Source of the DNA: the human T2T-CHM13v2.0 reference genome, Homo sapiens
Direction: 5' to 3' (one strand)
DNA length: 64,000 nt
Assembly (NCBI RefSeq): GCF_009914755.1
Contig: NC_060939.1
The notes under the pieces were generated by a model. It ran no database searches and was not told the DNA's origin. It worked only from the letters and a program-made list of their open reading frames with translations. How positions within the stretch are numbered: the first letter of the stretch is position 1; the number at the start of each line of letters is the position of its first letter. Shown in pieces: positions 1 through 10,797 of the stretch. Made by a program: the position numbers and the translations under genes.

Positions 1-777
1 TGGATGTCCTGGCTCCAGCAAAGAGAGAGAATTCACCCTTCCTCCACTTTCTTATTATATTTGGGCCCTCAACAAATTGAATGATGCCCACCCACATAGA
101 TGAGGGATTCAAATTCTAATCTTTTCTGGAAACATTCTCACAGACACGTCTAGAAATAGTGTTGTACTAGCTATCTGGGGCATCCCTTAACCAAGGAAAG
201 TTGGTGTATACAATTGTGATGGTTAATATTGAGTGTCAATTTGATTGGATTGAAGGATGCAAAATATTGCTCCTGGGTGTGTCTGTGAGGGTGTTGCTAA
301 AGGAGATTAACATTTGAGTCAGTGGGCTGGAAGAGGCAGACACACCCTCAATCTGGATGGGCACCATCTAATCAGCTGCCAAAACAGCTAGAATAAAGCA
401 GGCAGAAGAAACTGGAAAGAGCAGACTTGCTGAGTCTGCTGGCCTTCATCTTTCTCTGATGCTGGATGCTTCCTGCCCTCAAACATCAGACTCCAAGTTC
501 TTCAGCTTTTAGACTCTTGGACTTACACCAATGTTTTGCCAGGGGCTCTCAGGCCCTTGGCCATAGACTGAAGGCTGCACTGTCAGCTTCCCTACTTTTG
601 AGGTTTTGGGACTCAGATTGGCTTCCTTGCTCCTGAACCCGCAGACGGCCTATTGTGGGACTTTACCTTGTTATCATATGAGTCGATACTCCTAATAAAT
701 TGCCATTCATATATACCTATATCCTATTATTTCTGTTCCTTTAGAGAGCCCTGACCAATACAAAATGAACCATCACA
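1..777 (-). mobile_element. MLT2B/C-like ERVL LTR (runs off window start; split by MLT2A at 215-762; last piece 763-777)
   Basis: Reverse-strand MLT2 motifs 'ctcacagacac..agaaata', 'catcccttaa' and terminal 'aaatgaaccatcaca' (reverse complement of the TGTGATGGTT start). Confidence 0.75.
215..762 (+). mobile_element. MLT2A ERVL solo LTR
   Basis: Starts tgtgatggttaatattgagtgtcaa, contains ggattgaaggatgcaaa and aataaa, ends ccctgaccaataca. Confidence 0.9.
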
Positions 778-2028
778 ATAGGTATATTTGGCACACAGTT
801 TATGACTAACAAGGCAAAACTGTTCATTTGTAGGTGGTAGCTAAAATTAGGTATTTTCTAGAACACAGTGATTTTTTATTAGAGTGCCATCTCCTTGAAA
901 GCTGGGACTCTCAAGGCCTCTTTCTTTATTGCTCTGTCTCCAATATATAGATAAGTGCCTGCCTTATGATAGGCCTGAAGTAATTATCAATTGAATGAAC
1001 TAAATATATGTTCAATTATTGTTCATCTCAACAGTGGCTACCTACGTATTATTTTTTAATATTATAAACTGGATTGCATTTGCTTCAGAATTAAATAAAC
1101 AGCTTTAAGTTGAGGTCTGTGAATGCCTGACTCTTCTTTGACTTAAGAGCAATGGACCCTTTACACCTATGCTTCTAGTCTCCTGGGTTCTTCCTTTGCT
1201 GTTCCCAGCACATGAGTCCCCCTCATTCCTTTATGAAAACTAGCTCCTTTAAACTAAGGGGTATTTGCTAGCCTGAGAGTAAGATGGTTTCATTTTCACA
1301 GACTACAGAAACTTACTGAAGGGAACAAATCACTGATAGTAAAGTTTCAGGCATTGAAAAGCTATAACCAGTATAAAGCATGGACTAGAATTAAAGGCTT
1401 TTGAATCTAACTCACATTGTCATGAGAGGCCGTTTAACCTTCTTGTGTCATATTGCCTTCATCTGCAAGTATTATGAATCATAGTGGTTTTGCTTGTCTT
1501 TTCAGTAGGATGTTGCCAAATAAAATATTGAAGTAGAAATCATGTCTCTTCTAGCTCTCATTTTATTCTCAGAACCTTGTAAGATAGCTCTCTGTGTGAG
1601 GCAGCCCCTTCATTAGTATGTCTATGACACCTGTTGAAGGATTTCAGGTGAAAGATCAAATAAAGGTAGTTCTAATTCATTGTACAATATCATTCCTACA
1701 ATTATATGCTTCACAAAATCAGTTTACCGAATTCAGTTTGCTATGAGACATATTTAGAACAAGCTCACTGTTATTGCTTCTCTGAGATGATCGAAGGATA
1801 GCTTTATAAAATGTTCACTATGAAGGAGTAAGGGAGAATTGGCATAAACAAGGGTTTTGCTGGGAAACCGTTTGATTTTCACCTGGTTTTAGAATCAATG
1901 ACAGTGATATTGATTTCCATTTTTAATAAATTACATTTTCAAAAAACATATACAATGTAAGAGGCACTATTCAAAGCCACAGGAATTTATTTTAAAAAGT
2001 AATAATACTTGCTGTATCAATTCAGGAG

Positions 2029-2078
2029 TGTGTATGGTGTGTGTGTGTATGGTGTGCATATGTGTGTATGTGTGTGTT
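2029..2078. repeat. imperfect (TG)n microsatellite
   Basis: tgtgtatggtgtgtgtgtgtatgg... run. Confidence 0.8.
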
Positions 2079-2480
2079 TGGAGGCAGAAAGGTGATCAAC
2101 AGATAAATACAGTATTGTTGTAAACATACTGTTGTTGAAGTGGACACAAAACACTGTAAAAATGCAGGGAAGTAGTGATCAATTTCCAGATGGATCCAAG
2201 CTCTATAGCTAATTCTGAAGCTGCCATGGCCTTTGTGCTAATAATCAGTATGTCAAAAGAGAGCTGCGTAGACCTGCCCACTCATGGCGAGACCATCATT
2301 TACCTCGCCTCTTGCCTTCATTGACAGAGGTACAGAGGAATCCAGAAAACTCACCTATGGTGTGAGAAACAGGGTAAAGTGGTCCTTCATCTGTGTGCTG
2401 TTTACACAGGTGGTTTCAAACTTCAATACATGCGGGTCTGTAGGTTCTCTATTCTTCAGTTAAAAGGGAAAAAAAGATTC

Positions 2481-4020
2481 TATTATGGACTAAATGTTTG
2501 CATCCCCTCCAAAATCACATGTTAAGACATTAACCCCGTGTCATGATATTAGGAGGTGGGGTCTTTAAGAGTTTATTAGTCCAAAAAACCCGAAAGCAAA
2601 TGCAACAATAGCAAAGATAAATGGATGGGACTTAATTAAGCTAAAAAGAGCCTGCACAGCAAAAGAAATAATCAACAGAGTAAAGAGACAACCCACAGGG
2701 TGGGAAAAAGTCTTCACAATCTATACATCCAACAAAGGACTAATACCCAGAATCTACAAGGAAATCAACTCAAATAAATCAGCAAGAAAAAAACAATCCC
2801 ATCAAAAAGTGGGCTAAGGACATGAATTGACAATTCACAAAAGAAGATATACAAAATGGACAACAAGCATATGAAAAAATGCTCAGTATCACTAATTATC
2901 AGGGAAATACAAATCAAAACCATAGTGCGATACCACCTCACTCCTGGAAGAATGGCCATAATCAAAAAATAAAAAAAAATAGATGTTGGCATGGATGCGG
3001 TGAAAAGGGAACACTTTTACACTGTTGGTGGGAATGTAAACTAGTACAACCACTATGGAAAACAGTGTGGAGATTCCATAAAGAAATAAAAGTAGATATA
3101 CCATTTGGTCCAGCAATCCCACTATTAGGTATCTACCCAGAGGAAAATAAGTCATTTTACAAAAAAGATACTTGCATACGCACGCTTTTAGTAGCACAAT
3201 TTGCAATTGCAAAAATATAGAACCAGCCCAAATGCCCATCAATCAACGAGAGGATAAAGAAAATGTGACATATATATATACACACACCATGACATATATA
3301 TGTATATATACACACACACACCATGACATATGTCACATGAAAATGTGACATATATGTATATATATATATACACACACACACACCATGGAATACTACTCAA
3401 CTCCAAAAAAGGAATAAAATCATGGTATTCACAGCAACCTGGATGGAACTGGAGACTATTAAGTGAAGTAACTCAGGAATGGAAAACCAAGCATTATATG
3501 TTCTCACTCATATGTGGGAGCTAAGCTATGAGGACACAAAGGCATAAGAACGAGACATTGGACTTTGGGAGCTCAAGGAAAAGGGTAGGGGGTGGTGAGG
3601 GATAAAAGACTACACAGTGGGTACAGTGTACACTGCTCTGGTGATGGGTGCACCCAAATCTCAGAAATCACCACTGAAGAACTTAGTCATGTAACCAAAC
3701 ACCACCTGTTCCCCCAAACCTATTGAAATAAAAAATAAAAATAAAAAAAATGATGAGGGTGGGGCTTCCATGAATGGGATTAATGTCCTTATAAGAAGAG
3801 ACATGAAAGAACTTGCTCTGTCTCTCTGCTTTCCCCTATGTGAGGATACAATGAGAAGACAGCCATCTGCCAACCAGGAAGGAGTCTCTCGCCAGATCCA
3901 AGCCTGTGGGCACTTTGATCTTGAACCTCCTAGCCTCCAGAACTGTGAGAAATAAATGTTTATTGTTCAAGCCACTCATTCTGTGGCAATTTGTTATAGC
4001 AGCCTGAGCTAACTAAGACA
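2481..4020 (+). mobile_element. MaLR LTR (MLT1A/MSTD-like), split by L1 into 2481-2579 and 3751-4020
   Basis: attaggaggtgggg..ttag resumes as tgagggtgggg..catgaatgggattaat after the L1; ends actaagaca; perfect 5-bp TSD GATTC at 2476-2480 and 4021-4025. Confidence 0.85.
2580..3750 (+). mobile_element. L1PB-type LINE-1 3' fragment (ORF2 C-terminus, 3'UTR, A-tail)
   Basis: ORF 2879-3220 has the L1 ORF2 cysteine-rich motif [26 protein letters not shown]; L1PB-like 3'UTR gggtacagtgtacactgctc..aaatctcagaaatcaccact. Confidence 0.92.
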
Positions 4021-4107
4021 GATTCCTAGAGTTTTGTGTGTGCATAAGATTTCTCCCCTCAGCCTCCATAGCACCATGGACAGGGGTGTCTCCTGAACAC
4101 ACCTATC

Positions 4108-4147
4108 TGTTTTTTTTTTTGTTTTTTTTTTTGTTTTTTTTTTTTTT
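4108..4147. repeat. interrupted poly-T tract
   Basis: T runs separated by single G. Confidence 0.9.
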
Positions 4148-4419
4148 GCAATTCCCTAAAAGCATCCTACACCTTCACACCATTATCTTCCTTGACTCAC
4201 TCAGGGATAATTTACTATTCTGGCTTGTAGTAATTTTCTTTTCTGACTCCATCTTCACGCTTTTAAGGAACAGGTATCTTCTCTTTCACACACACCTGTT
4301 TGGTTTGGGGGTAGAATAGATGTGTTTCTCTCTCTGCCTCACTCCTTCCCTCCCACTTCTGTTAACACACCTCATATGAGTCTCATGTCATCATACTATA
4401 TCATCCAGTACCTTTCTTT

Positions 4420-6120
4420 TTGCAGTTATCTGTGGGACCTGAGTCCCATGGTTTTCCATTGAGATTTTAGCTCCTGGCTCATGGTCTTTCTCTCCAGCAT
4501 CATTGTCATAGTTCTTGATAATTTCATTATCCACATAGGTGATTCTTATCTTAGCTATTAATGCCCTTGACCTCCTCTCCCCCAGAAAGTCTTATTCTCC
4601 AATCCACTTCAGCCACTCCATGTCCAGAAGTTAGGTCAAGCCATTATCAATACAATACGTCACCCATTACCTCAACTTCAAACAGGCCCCTCTCTGACCA
4701 GCACTTCTTGTTCTCCAGCTTGCCCCTAGTGCCCCAAATCCAACAATCCTCAATCCCTGCTGGAAAATTAAATCCACTGACCTACTTCCTTTTCACTCTC
4801 CTTCATCTCCTCATGCTCTCACTTCCCAGACCACTTACCTTCAGCTCCATGGGGGCATCATTATAATCACGCTCTTTGATTATTAAACTGTTCTTCTCTT
4901 CCCTTGCTTCAGCTTGCTAACGTGCAAAACCCCTACCTTAGTTAAGCCACTATTCCTTTTAAGTTAACCAACTCATTTTATTAGTTGGAAAACATATTTC
5001 AACCAAGCTGTCAGTGTGATATAACTTTATGCTAACTATTCTACTGTATTTCCTCTCTTCATTTATTCTCTCAGTCTGAGACCAGTGCTTCTTGAATTTT
5101 AGCACACATTGGGTCACCTGGGGATCTTCTTGAAATGCAGTTCCTGGTTCAGTATATCTAGGAGAGGGGACTGAAATTCTGCATTATGAAGGAGCCCCAA
5201 AGTGCTGCTACTGTTGCTGCTCCATGGACCATACATTAAACAGCAAGATCCTAGGCTACTCTTTCATGCTTCTCTTTCCTGGAACCTCTATTTCCTCCCT
5301 CATTCACATTTAATATGTGGCTTTGTCCTTCTTCTGAAAAATTAGAAGCAACCCAGAGCCTCCAGATACAATCTCTATTAACTTTACTATACCTGTGCCC
5401 ACATAAGTCTGCTTTATCTCTTGAACCCGGGGATGGTCTGGTGCCTATACTTGTGCACTAAGTTCTATTACCTCTCACCAATCAAGCCCACAGCTCCAGG
5501 TTTCTCCTTTTCTGTACTATCAATTTTTTTTTCAATTCTGCTGGTTCATTCTCATTAAGATTCAAACATGCTGTTATGTCTTTCATTTTTGAAAAAAAAT
5601 AGTAATTATTATATTGATAATAAAGGCTCATAATCTGTCTCTCTGGAATCAATTTTCCCCTCTAGCTAGGAACCATGGTTCTGCTCTCCATTACAGAAGA
5701 TTGTGTTGGAAGAGTTGTCTACAGTCACTGTTCCCCAAGTTATCCTGTTCTCTCCTAAGAAATTCACTCCAATGGCTTTGCCCTCCCCTTAGCCTGCACC
5801 TAACAGAACTGCTCTTTTTGAGGTCACCAATGACCCTCTATGTTGCCAAGTCCAATATAAAATTCTCAGACCTTATCCTAATTAACCTAAAAGCAACATT
5901 GGACATGGCAGACAACTGCTTTTCCTTAAAATAGTTGCTTCACTTGGCATCCAAATCATCACACTCACCTATTTGTTTGCTTGTTTGGTTTTTAGTCTTC
6001 AGTAGGAAATTCTTCTGTCTCCTTCACTGATTGTCTCTTAACTCCCTGACTTCTTATGACTTGGATTCTTTTTAGACTAACTGAACCTCCACTTTTTCTT
6101 ATCTATACTCATTCTTCATA
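4420..6120 (+). mobile_element. degraded L2 LINE body
   Basis: Pyrimidine-rich; L2-type motif aggtcaccaatgacc..ttgccaagtccaat..ttctcagaccttatc near 5821-5880. Confidence 0.6.
5083..5248. mobile_element. MER5-type hAT-Charlie MITE
   Basis: cagtgcttct..tcacctggggatctt..aaatgcag..ctgaaattctgcatt..ccatggaccatac. Confidence 0.75.
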
Positions 6121-6183
6121 GAGTATAGACTTTATGGAGACCATAGACTATATATTCTCTCACTCTAATTTAAAAATTTTAAT

Positions 6184-7170
6184 CATGGGTCTAATATGCA
6201 AATTATTGTTCAAACTGAAACACTTTTGAGAGTGAAAGTGGGCCTTAAAATAATGAGAAGTAATTTTTGAAATATTTATTTATAGAAATACATAAATTGG
6301 TTTTAATATACAGATGAATTTATAAAATAGTCCTATTCAAAAGATTTTCAAAAATAAATTTTTTTCTTAAAAAGTGAACATAACAAATTCATATGCATAT
6401 AACTACTGATTAACAGAACATTAAATAATATAAGCAAAATGATTATTCTTATTATTAATTTGCTTTAATGAGTTTCTTAGTTGCATCTGTGTCTAATGCC
6501 ATGCCATTGGTAACTTTTACAAAGAATATATTTTGTAATATGATCTCATTATTCTCCATATTTTATTAAAACAAAATAAAATACTAATTTTATTATTTAA
6601 ATAAAAAATAATAATTTTATTATTTAAATAAAAAATAATAATTTTATTATTTAAATAAAAAATAATAATTTTATTATTTAAGAAAATTTCCAGTAGAGAT
6701 CTTTAATGTTGCACTCCATGACTAACATGTTTAATATTATCTCTATTCTTATAACCCTAAATTCAAGTTTCATATTAAAATGCACAAGTAAATATTTCAA
6801 CTCAAATATAGGCCATTATATAATAGGTCTACATAATAGGTCATTATAATGATGACACTTCTAATGATATATGTAAAGGATCTGGGTCTTTGAGAATGTT
6901 GTTGAACAACTGTATTTAGTAATCTTGGAAGTACTCTACTTCAGATTATTCTTATTGTTAAACCAGTCAAGTACTTTTTTCTGTTAATTGCATAGAAAGG
7001 ATTTTCATGGATAAAGTGTTTGCATTTTTTTTTACATGTAATAGTTTTCAAAATATTCAGTTACATCATGGTGTTCTACTATGTTGGCTCTGCTTTTCAG
7101 AATTTTCTGTTTCATATCATACCTCCTATCTTACTCATCCTGCTTCAACCAGCTCTTTTCATCTAAATTA
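6184..7170. mobile_element. AT-rich hAT DNA transposon relic (Blackjack-like)
   Basis: Terminal-type motif attgttcaaactgaaacacttttgagagtgaaagtggg followed by AT-rich internal-like sequence; family and right boundary uncertain. Confidence 0.45.
6585..6681. repeat. 27-bp pure-AT minisatellite, about 3.6 identical copies
   Basis: Unit taattttattatttaaataaaaaataa starting at 6585, 6612, 6639 and 6666. Confidence 0.92.
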
Positions 7171-7175
7171 GACGT

Positions 7176-7619
7176 TGTCTTAGCCCATATGTGATGCTAT
7201 GACAAAATAGCAAAGACTGAGTAATTTATAAACAATAGAAATTTATTTCTCACCATTTTGGAGGCTATGAAGTCCAAGATCATGGTGCCAGAAGATTCCA
7301 TGTCTTGTTTCCTGTCTTTAGGGGACATTCTTGGGGTGTCCTCACATCATGGAAAGGTGGAAAAGACAAATACTGTGTTCTCACATGGCAGAAGAAATAT
7401 AAGGGAAAAAAGAGATTCATGTTTATCTTCACATGGTAGAAGTGATGGAAGTTCCAGGTAGCTCTTTGAAGCCTGTTCCATAATCCCATTAATCAGGGTA
7501 GAGCCTTTATGATGTAATCCATTCCCAAATGCCTTTCTACCACCTCTTAATACCATCACCCTGGGCTTTAAGTTCCAACATATGAATTTTGCAGAGACAC
7601 ATGCACTCAAATGAGAACA
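7176..7619 (-). mobile_element. MaLR LTR (MSTC/MSTD/MLT1A-like)
   Basis: tgtcttag..agactgagtaatttataaacaatagaaatttatttctcac..aagtccaagatc; repeated ctcacatggcagaag; ends gaaca. Confidence 0.85.
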
Positions 7620-8950
7620 GATATTTCTTGATATTATTACCTCTAATCTCAAAGAGTTCATCTTTTTATTTTTCTTACATTTTATTGTAAACATAGACTG
7701 AATATTCACACATATATATGTGTGTTTGTATGTAATCTAGGTTGTCCTTCTCCAGATTAAGATCTTTCTCCACATATTCACTAGTACCTTCTTCCCTTGG
7801 TTGTTAGTATTGCTCTCAAATATTTTTGTAGACCCTGGGCAGGTTCATTCTGTTGAATATGCAAAGGCTACAAAGAGTTACGGTGTGCCTATTGACAGAA
7901 TGACTGAATTGCTTCTCAGTCCTTCACTGACCCCCTAAGTCCTCTGAGAATTTTCTCCTTCATTCAGAAGTTCCAACTTGCCTAATGTACACATCCCCTG
8001 TCCTGTGATTTGTTGTTTAGCAGTCATTTATTTTATGTGGATATACTGGTTAGTGGAGTGAACTGCATGGTCGTCCAGCTCTGAAATTTGAGATTTATTT
8101 TGTGATAACTTAAAGCAACCAGTAGTTTATTTCTTCCTACCCGCCTGCTTTTTACCAGCAATAACAGATGAACTACTATACACTTCAGAGATTACCCCTC
8201 AAGTGGTTTTTCCAGACTCGTCTCTTCCCACTTCTTACCTGAGAAAATTTTCTTTTAAATCATAAATATTTTGCCTCTGGCCATGTTGTCACGCCAGAAA
8301 TGGTGGCTAGGGTGGATTACTAAGGAACTTTAATGTGCTCAAGCTCTCAGGAGAGGGCCAGCTCTGAGACAACCTTGCACCACTGTGAGGTGTTCCCAAC
8401 ATTTAGCTGAGTTTTTTAATGCTGTGTAAGGGGGATACTTACTGTTAGTGGGAGGCTGACGTGTCACCTAAGAAAAGTTGTGTATATAGGGGGTCAGGAA
8501 AAAAAACTTCATTTTTTGAGGACATAAAATATAATGACTAGGGCAATAAGTATTCCTAGTCAAGCAGCAACAGAGCACTGAGCTGGCACCTGGTTGTGAA
8601 GGGCATGGTGGCTTTGGATGCGCCCATAGACCGTGGGAGGCACCGACCCCTGTCCTAGTGAGGACGTTGTAACTATCGCTGAAAAGGCGGGTGATTGTAA
8701 GTACCTATGTTGCTTCAAAGGTGGTTTGAAGCAACAAAAATTCTGGTCTACAGTAATATTCTTCAAATAAACAACTGAAATCCACCTATGTAGAAAATGA
8801 TGTGAAATAGTGGGCCAATGTCTTTCCCTTCAGATAACGGGAGTGTGGAAAGGGTTATATGTAGAGGGAAGATGGGTGGAAATCATCCTTCATCTTAGAC
8901 CCCAGTTATATTTACTGGAAATTCCTCTGTGAATCCAGAAGTTAGTTCTG

Positions 8951-9340
8951 TGTTTTGGATTGAATTGAACACCCCTCATCTTCATATGTGGAAGCCCTAC
9001 CTGCCATCCCACCATGTGACTATACTTGCAGATAGGACTTTTGAGGAGGTAATTAAGGTTAAATGAGATTGTAAGAGTGGGGCCCCAATCCAATATGATT
9101 TGTGTCCTTGTAAGAAGAGAGAGAGAACAAGAAGGTGAAAGTACAGAGAAAAGACTAAGTGAGAACACAGGGAGAAGGTAGCCATCTGCAAGCCAAGGAG
9201 AGAGGCCTCACCAGAAACCAACCCTGCCAGCACCTTGATCTCAGACTTGCAGCCTCCAGAACTATGAGAAAATAAATTTGTGTTGTTTAAGTCACCCAGT
9301 CTGTGGTATTCTGTTATGGCAGCCTTAGCACACTAATATA
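8951..9340 (+). mobile_element. MLT1B-like MaLR LTR
   Basis: gaggtaattaaggttaaatgag, gccatctgcaagccaaggagagaggcctca, cagcctccagaact, aataaa, ends cactaatata. Confidence 0.88.
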
Positions 9341-9503
9341 CTTTTGTGTTAACATTTTACAATTTTGATTATATTTCAAGTCTTTCAATGATAGCTTTTC
9401 ACCATTACAACCCAAAAGTACAGATGAGGCCTTTAAAAGGGTAGCTGACAGGTAAAGACTATTTGTCTCAACCTATACTTTTATGCCTATCTGACACACC
9501 TGC

Positions 9504-10122
9504 TGTAAGGGTTAATTTTAAGTGTCAGCTTGAATGGATTAGAGGATACCCAGATATCTAGTAATGCATTATATCTGGGCATGTCTGTGAGGGTGTTTCT
9601 GGAAGAGATGGGCATTTGAATCAGTGGACTGAGTAAGGATGATCTACCCTTACCCAGTGGGACTGGGCACCATCTAGTTGGCTGAAGGCCTGGATAGAAC
9701 AACAAGGTCAAGAAAAGCTGAATTCTCTCTCTCTCCTGGATCTGTGACACTCCTTTCCTGCTCTTGGACATCAGAACTCTAGGTTCTCTGGCCTTGGTCC
9801 ACTGGAACTTGCACTAGTGGCCCCTCCTTGGGCTCTGGCTTCCTACTGAGAGTTACACCAGTGGCTCCCTTGGTTCTTAGACCTTTGGATTTAGATGGAG
9901 CCATGCTATTGGCTTCCTTGGTTTCTGAGCTGGCAGATGGTCTATCAAGGGACTTCTCAGCCTCCCTAATTGTGTAAATCAATTCCCTAATAAATTCCCT
10001 CTTATTTATGTCTATCTATCTAATGTACCTATCTAATCTATCTATCTGACTATCTATCTATGTATCTATCTATCATCTATCTCCGATTGACTCAGTTTCT
10101 CTAGAGGATCCTGACCAATATA
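9504..10122 (+). mobile_element. MLT2B ERVL solo LTR containing (TCTA)n at about 10010-10082
   Basis: ggttaattttaagtgtcagcttga..tgtctgtgagggtgtttctggaagagat; ends cctgaccaatata; TSD cctgc/cctgg. Confidence 0.88.
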
Positions 10123-10327
10123 CCTGGTAACCAATTAGGTGGACTAAGCACATGGCAACATCACCTGTAGTAACTGCCCAAGACCCTCTGATTGCCACCC
10201 CCAACTTCTCTACTGATTCAATACTTTCCCTGTTCCTGGATTTTTGCTTTATTATATGTTAAGTCTTTATTTTTTGGTCCCAGAAAGGATTTCAGGGGTT
10301 TGGACTTCAAGATCTCATTTAAAATTT

Positions 10328-10797
10328 TGTGGGGAGCTGAAGGCCCCTGGGACATGACCCTCTCAGCATTCCACTGGAGGCTCTATGATCAAACAACAAA
10401 CTGTTTATCATGAATGCAGGATGTGGGCAACCTCACGACTGCTCCCACTGCCAGGAGATTTGCTAAGGGCAACCAGTTCCTGGCGCCAAGCTCCTTAATG
10501 TTATCTACTGGGACATCTAGAGAATGCAGTCTTGCAACCCTACTGTGGATGGAGCAGCTGACCTCTTCTTCTACCCTCCTTCTTGCTATCTCTTTTGCCT
10601 AATGAATATGGAGGGCTGTGTAAAGCTCAGGGCCCTTGTCCACTAGAGGCAAGATGTCCGCTGACCCCTTATTCCATATATACTCTTTTTGTCTCTTGTC
10701 TTTTATTCCCGCATTCGCCCACCATTGTTCAGTCCCCCTAGGTCTGTGTGTGTTACATAGTGGCGCCATGAACAGCAACAGAATCGGGTGCTCCACA
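10328..10797 (+). mobile_element. LTR3 (LTR3B-like) solo LTR of HERV-K(HML-6)
   Basis: TG...CA ends; ctcagcattccactggaggct.tatgatcaaaca.caaactgtttatcatgaatgcaggatgtgggcaa diagnostic; 6-bp TSD aaattt/agattt. Confidence 0.85.

Noticed and set aside
2349-2356. Perfect minus-strand donor AG|GTGAGT
   Set aside because: No convincing partner acceptor with a pyrimidine tract; isolated donors are common.
6585-6681. 27-bp repeats as a CRISPR-like array
   Set aside because: Head-to-tail units with no spacers, in a eukaryotic context.
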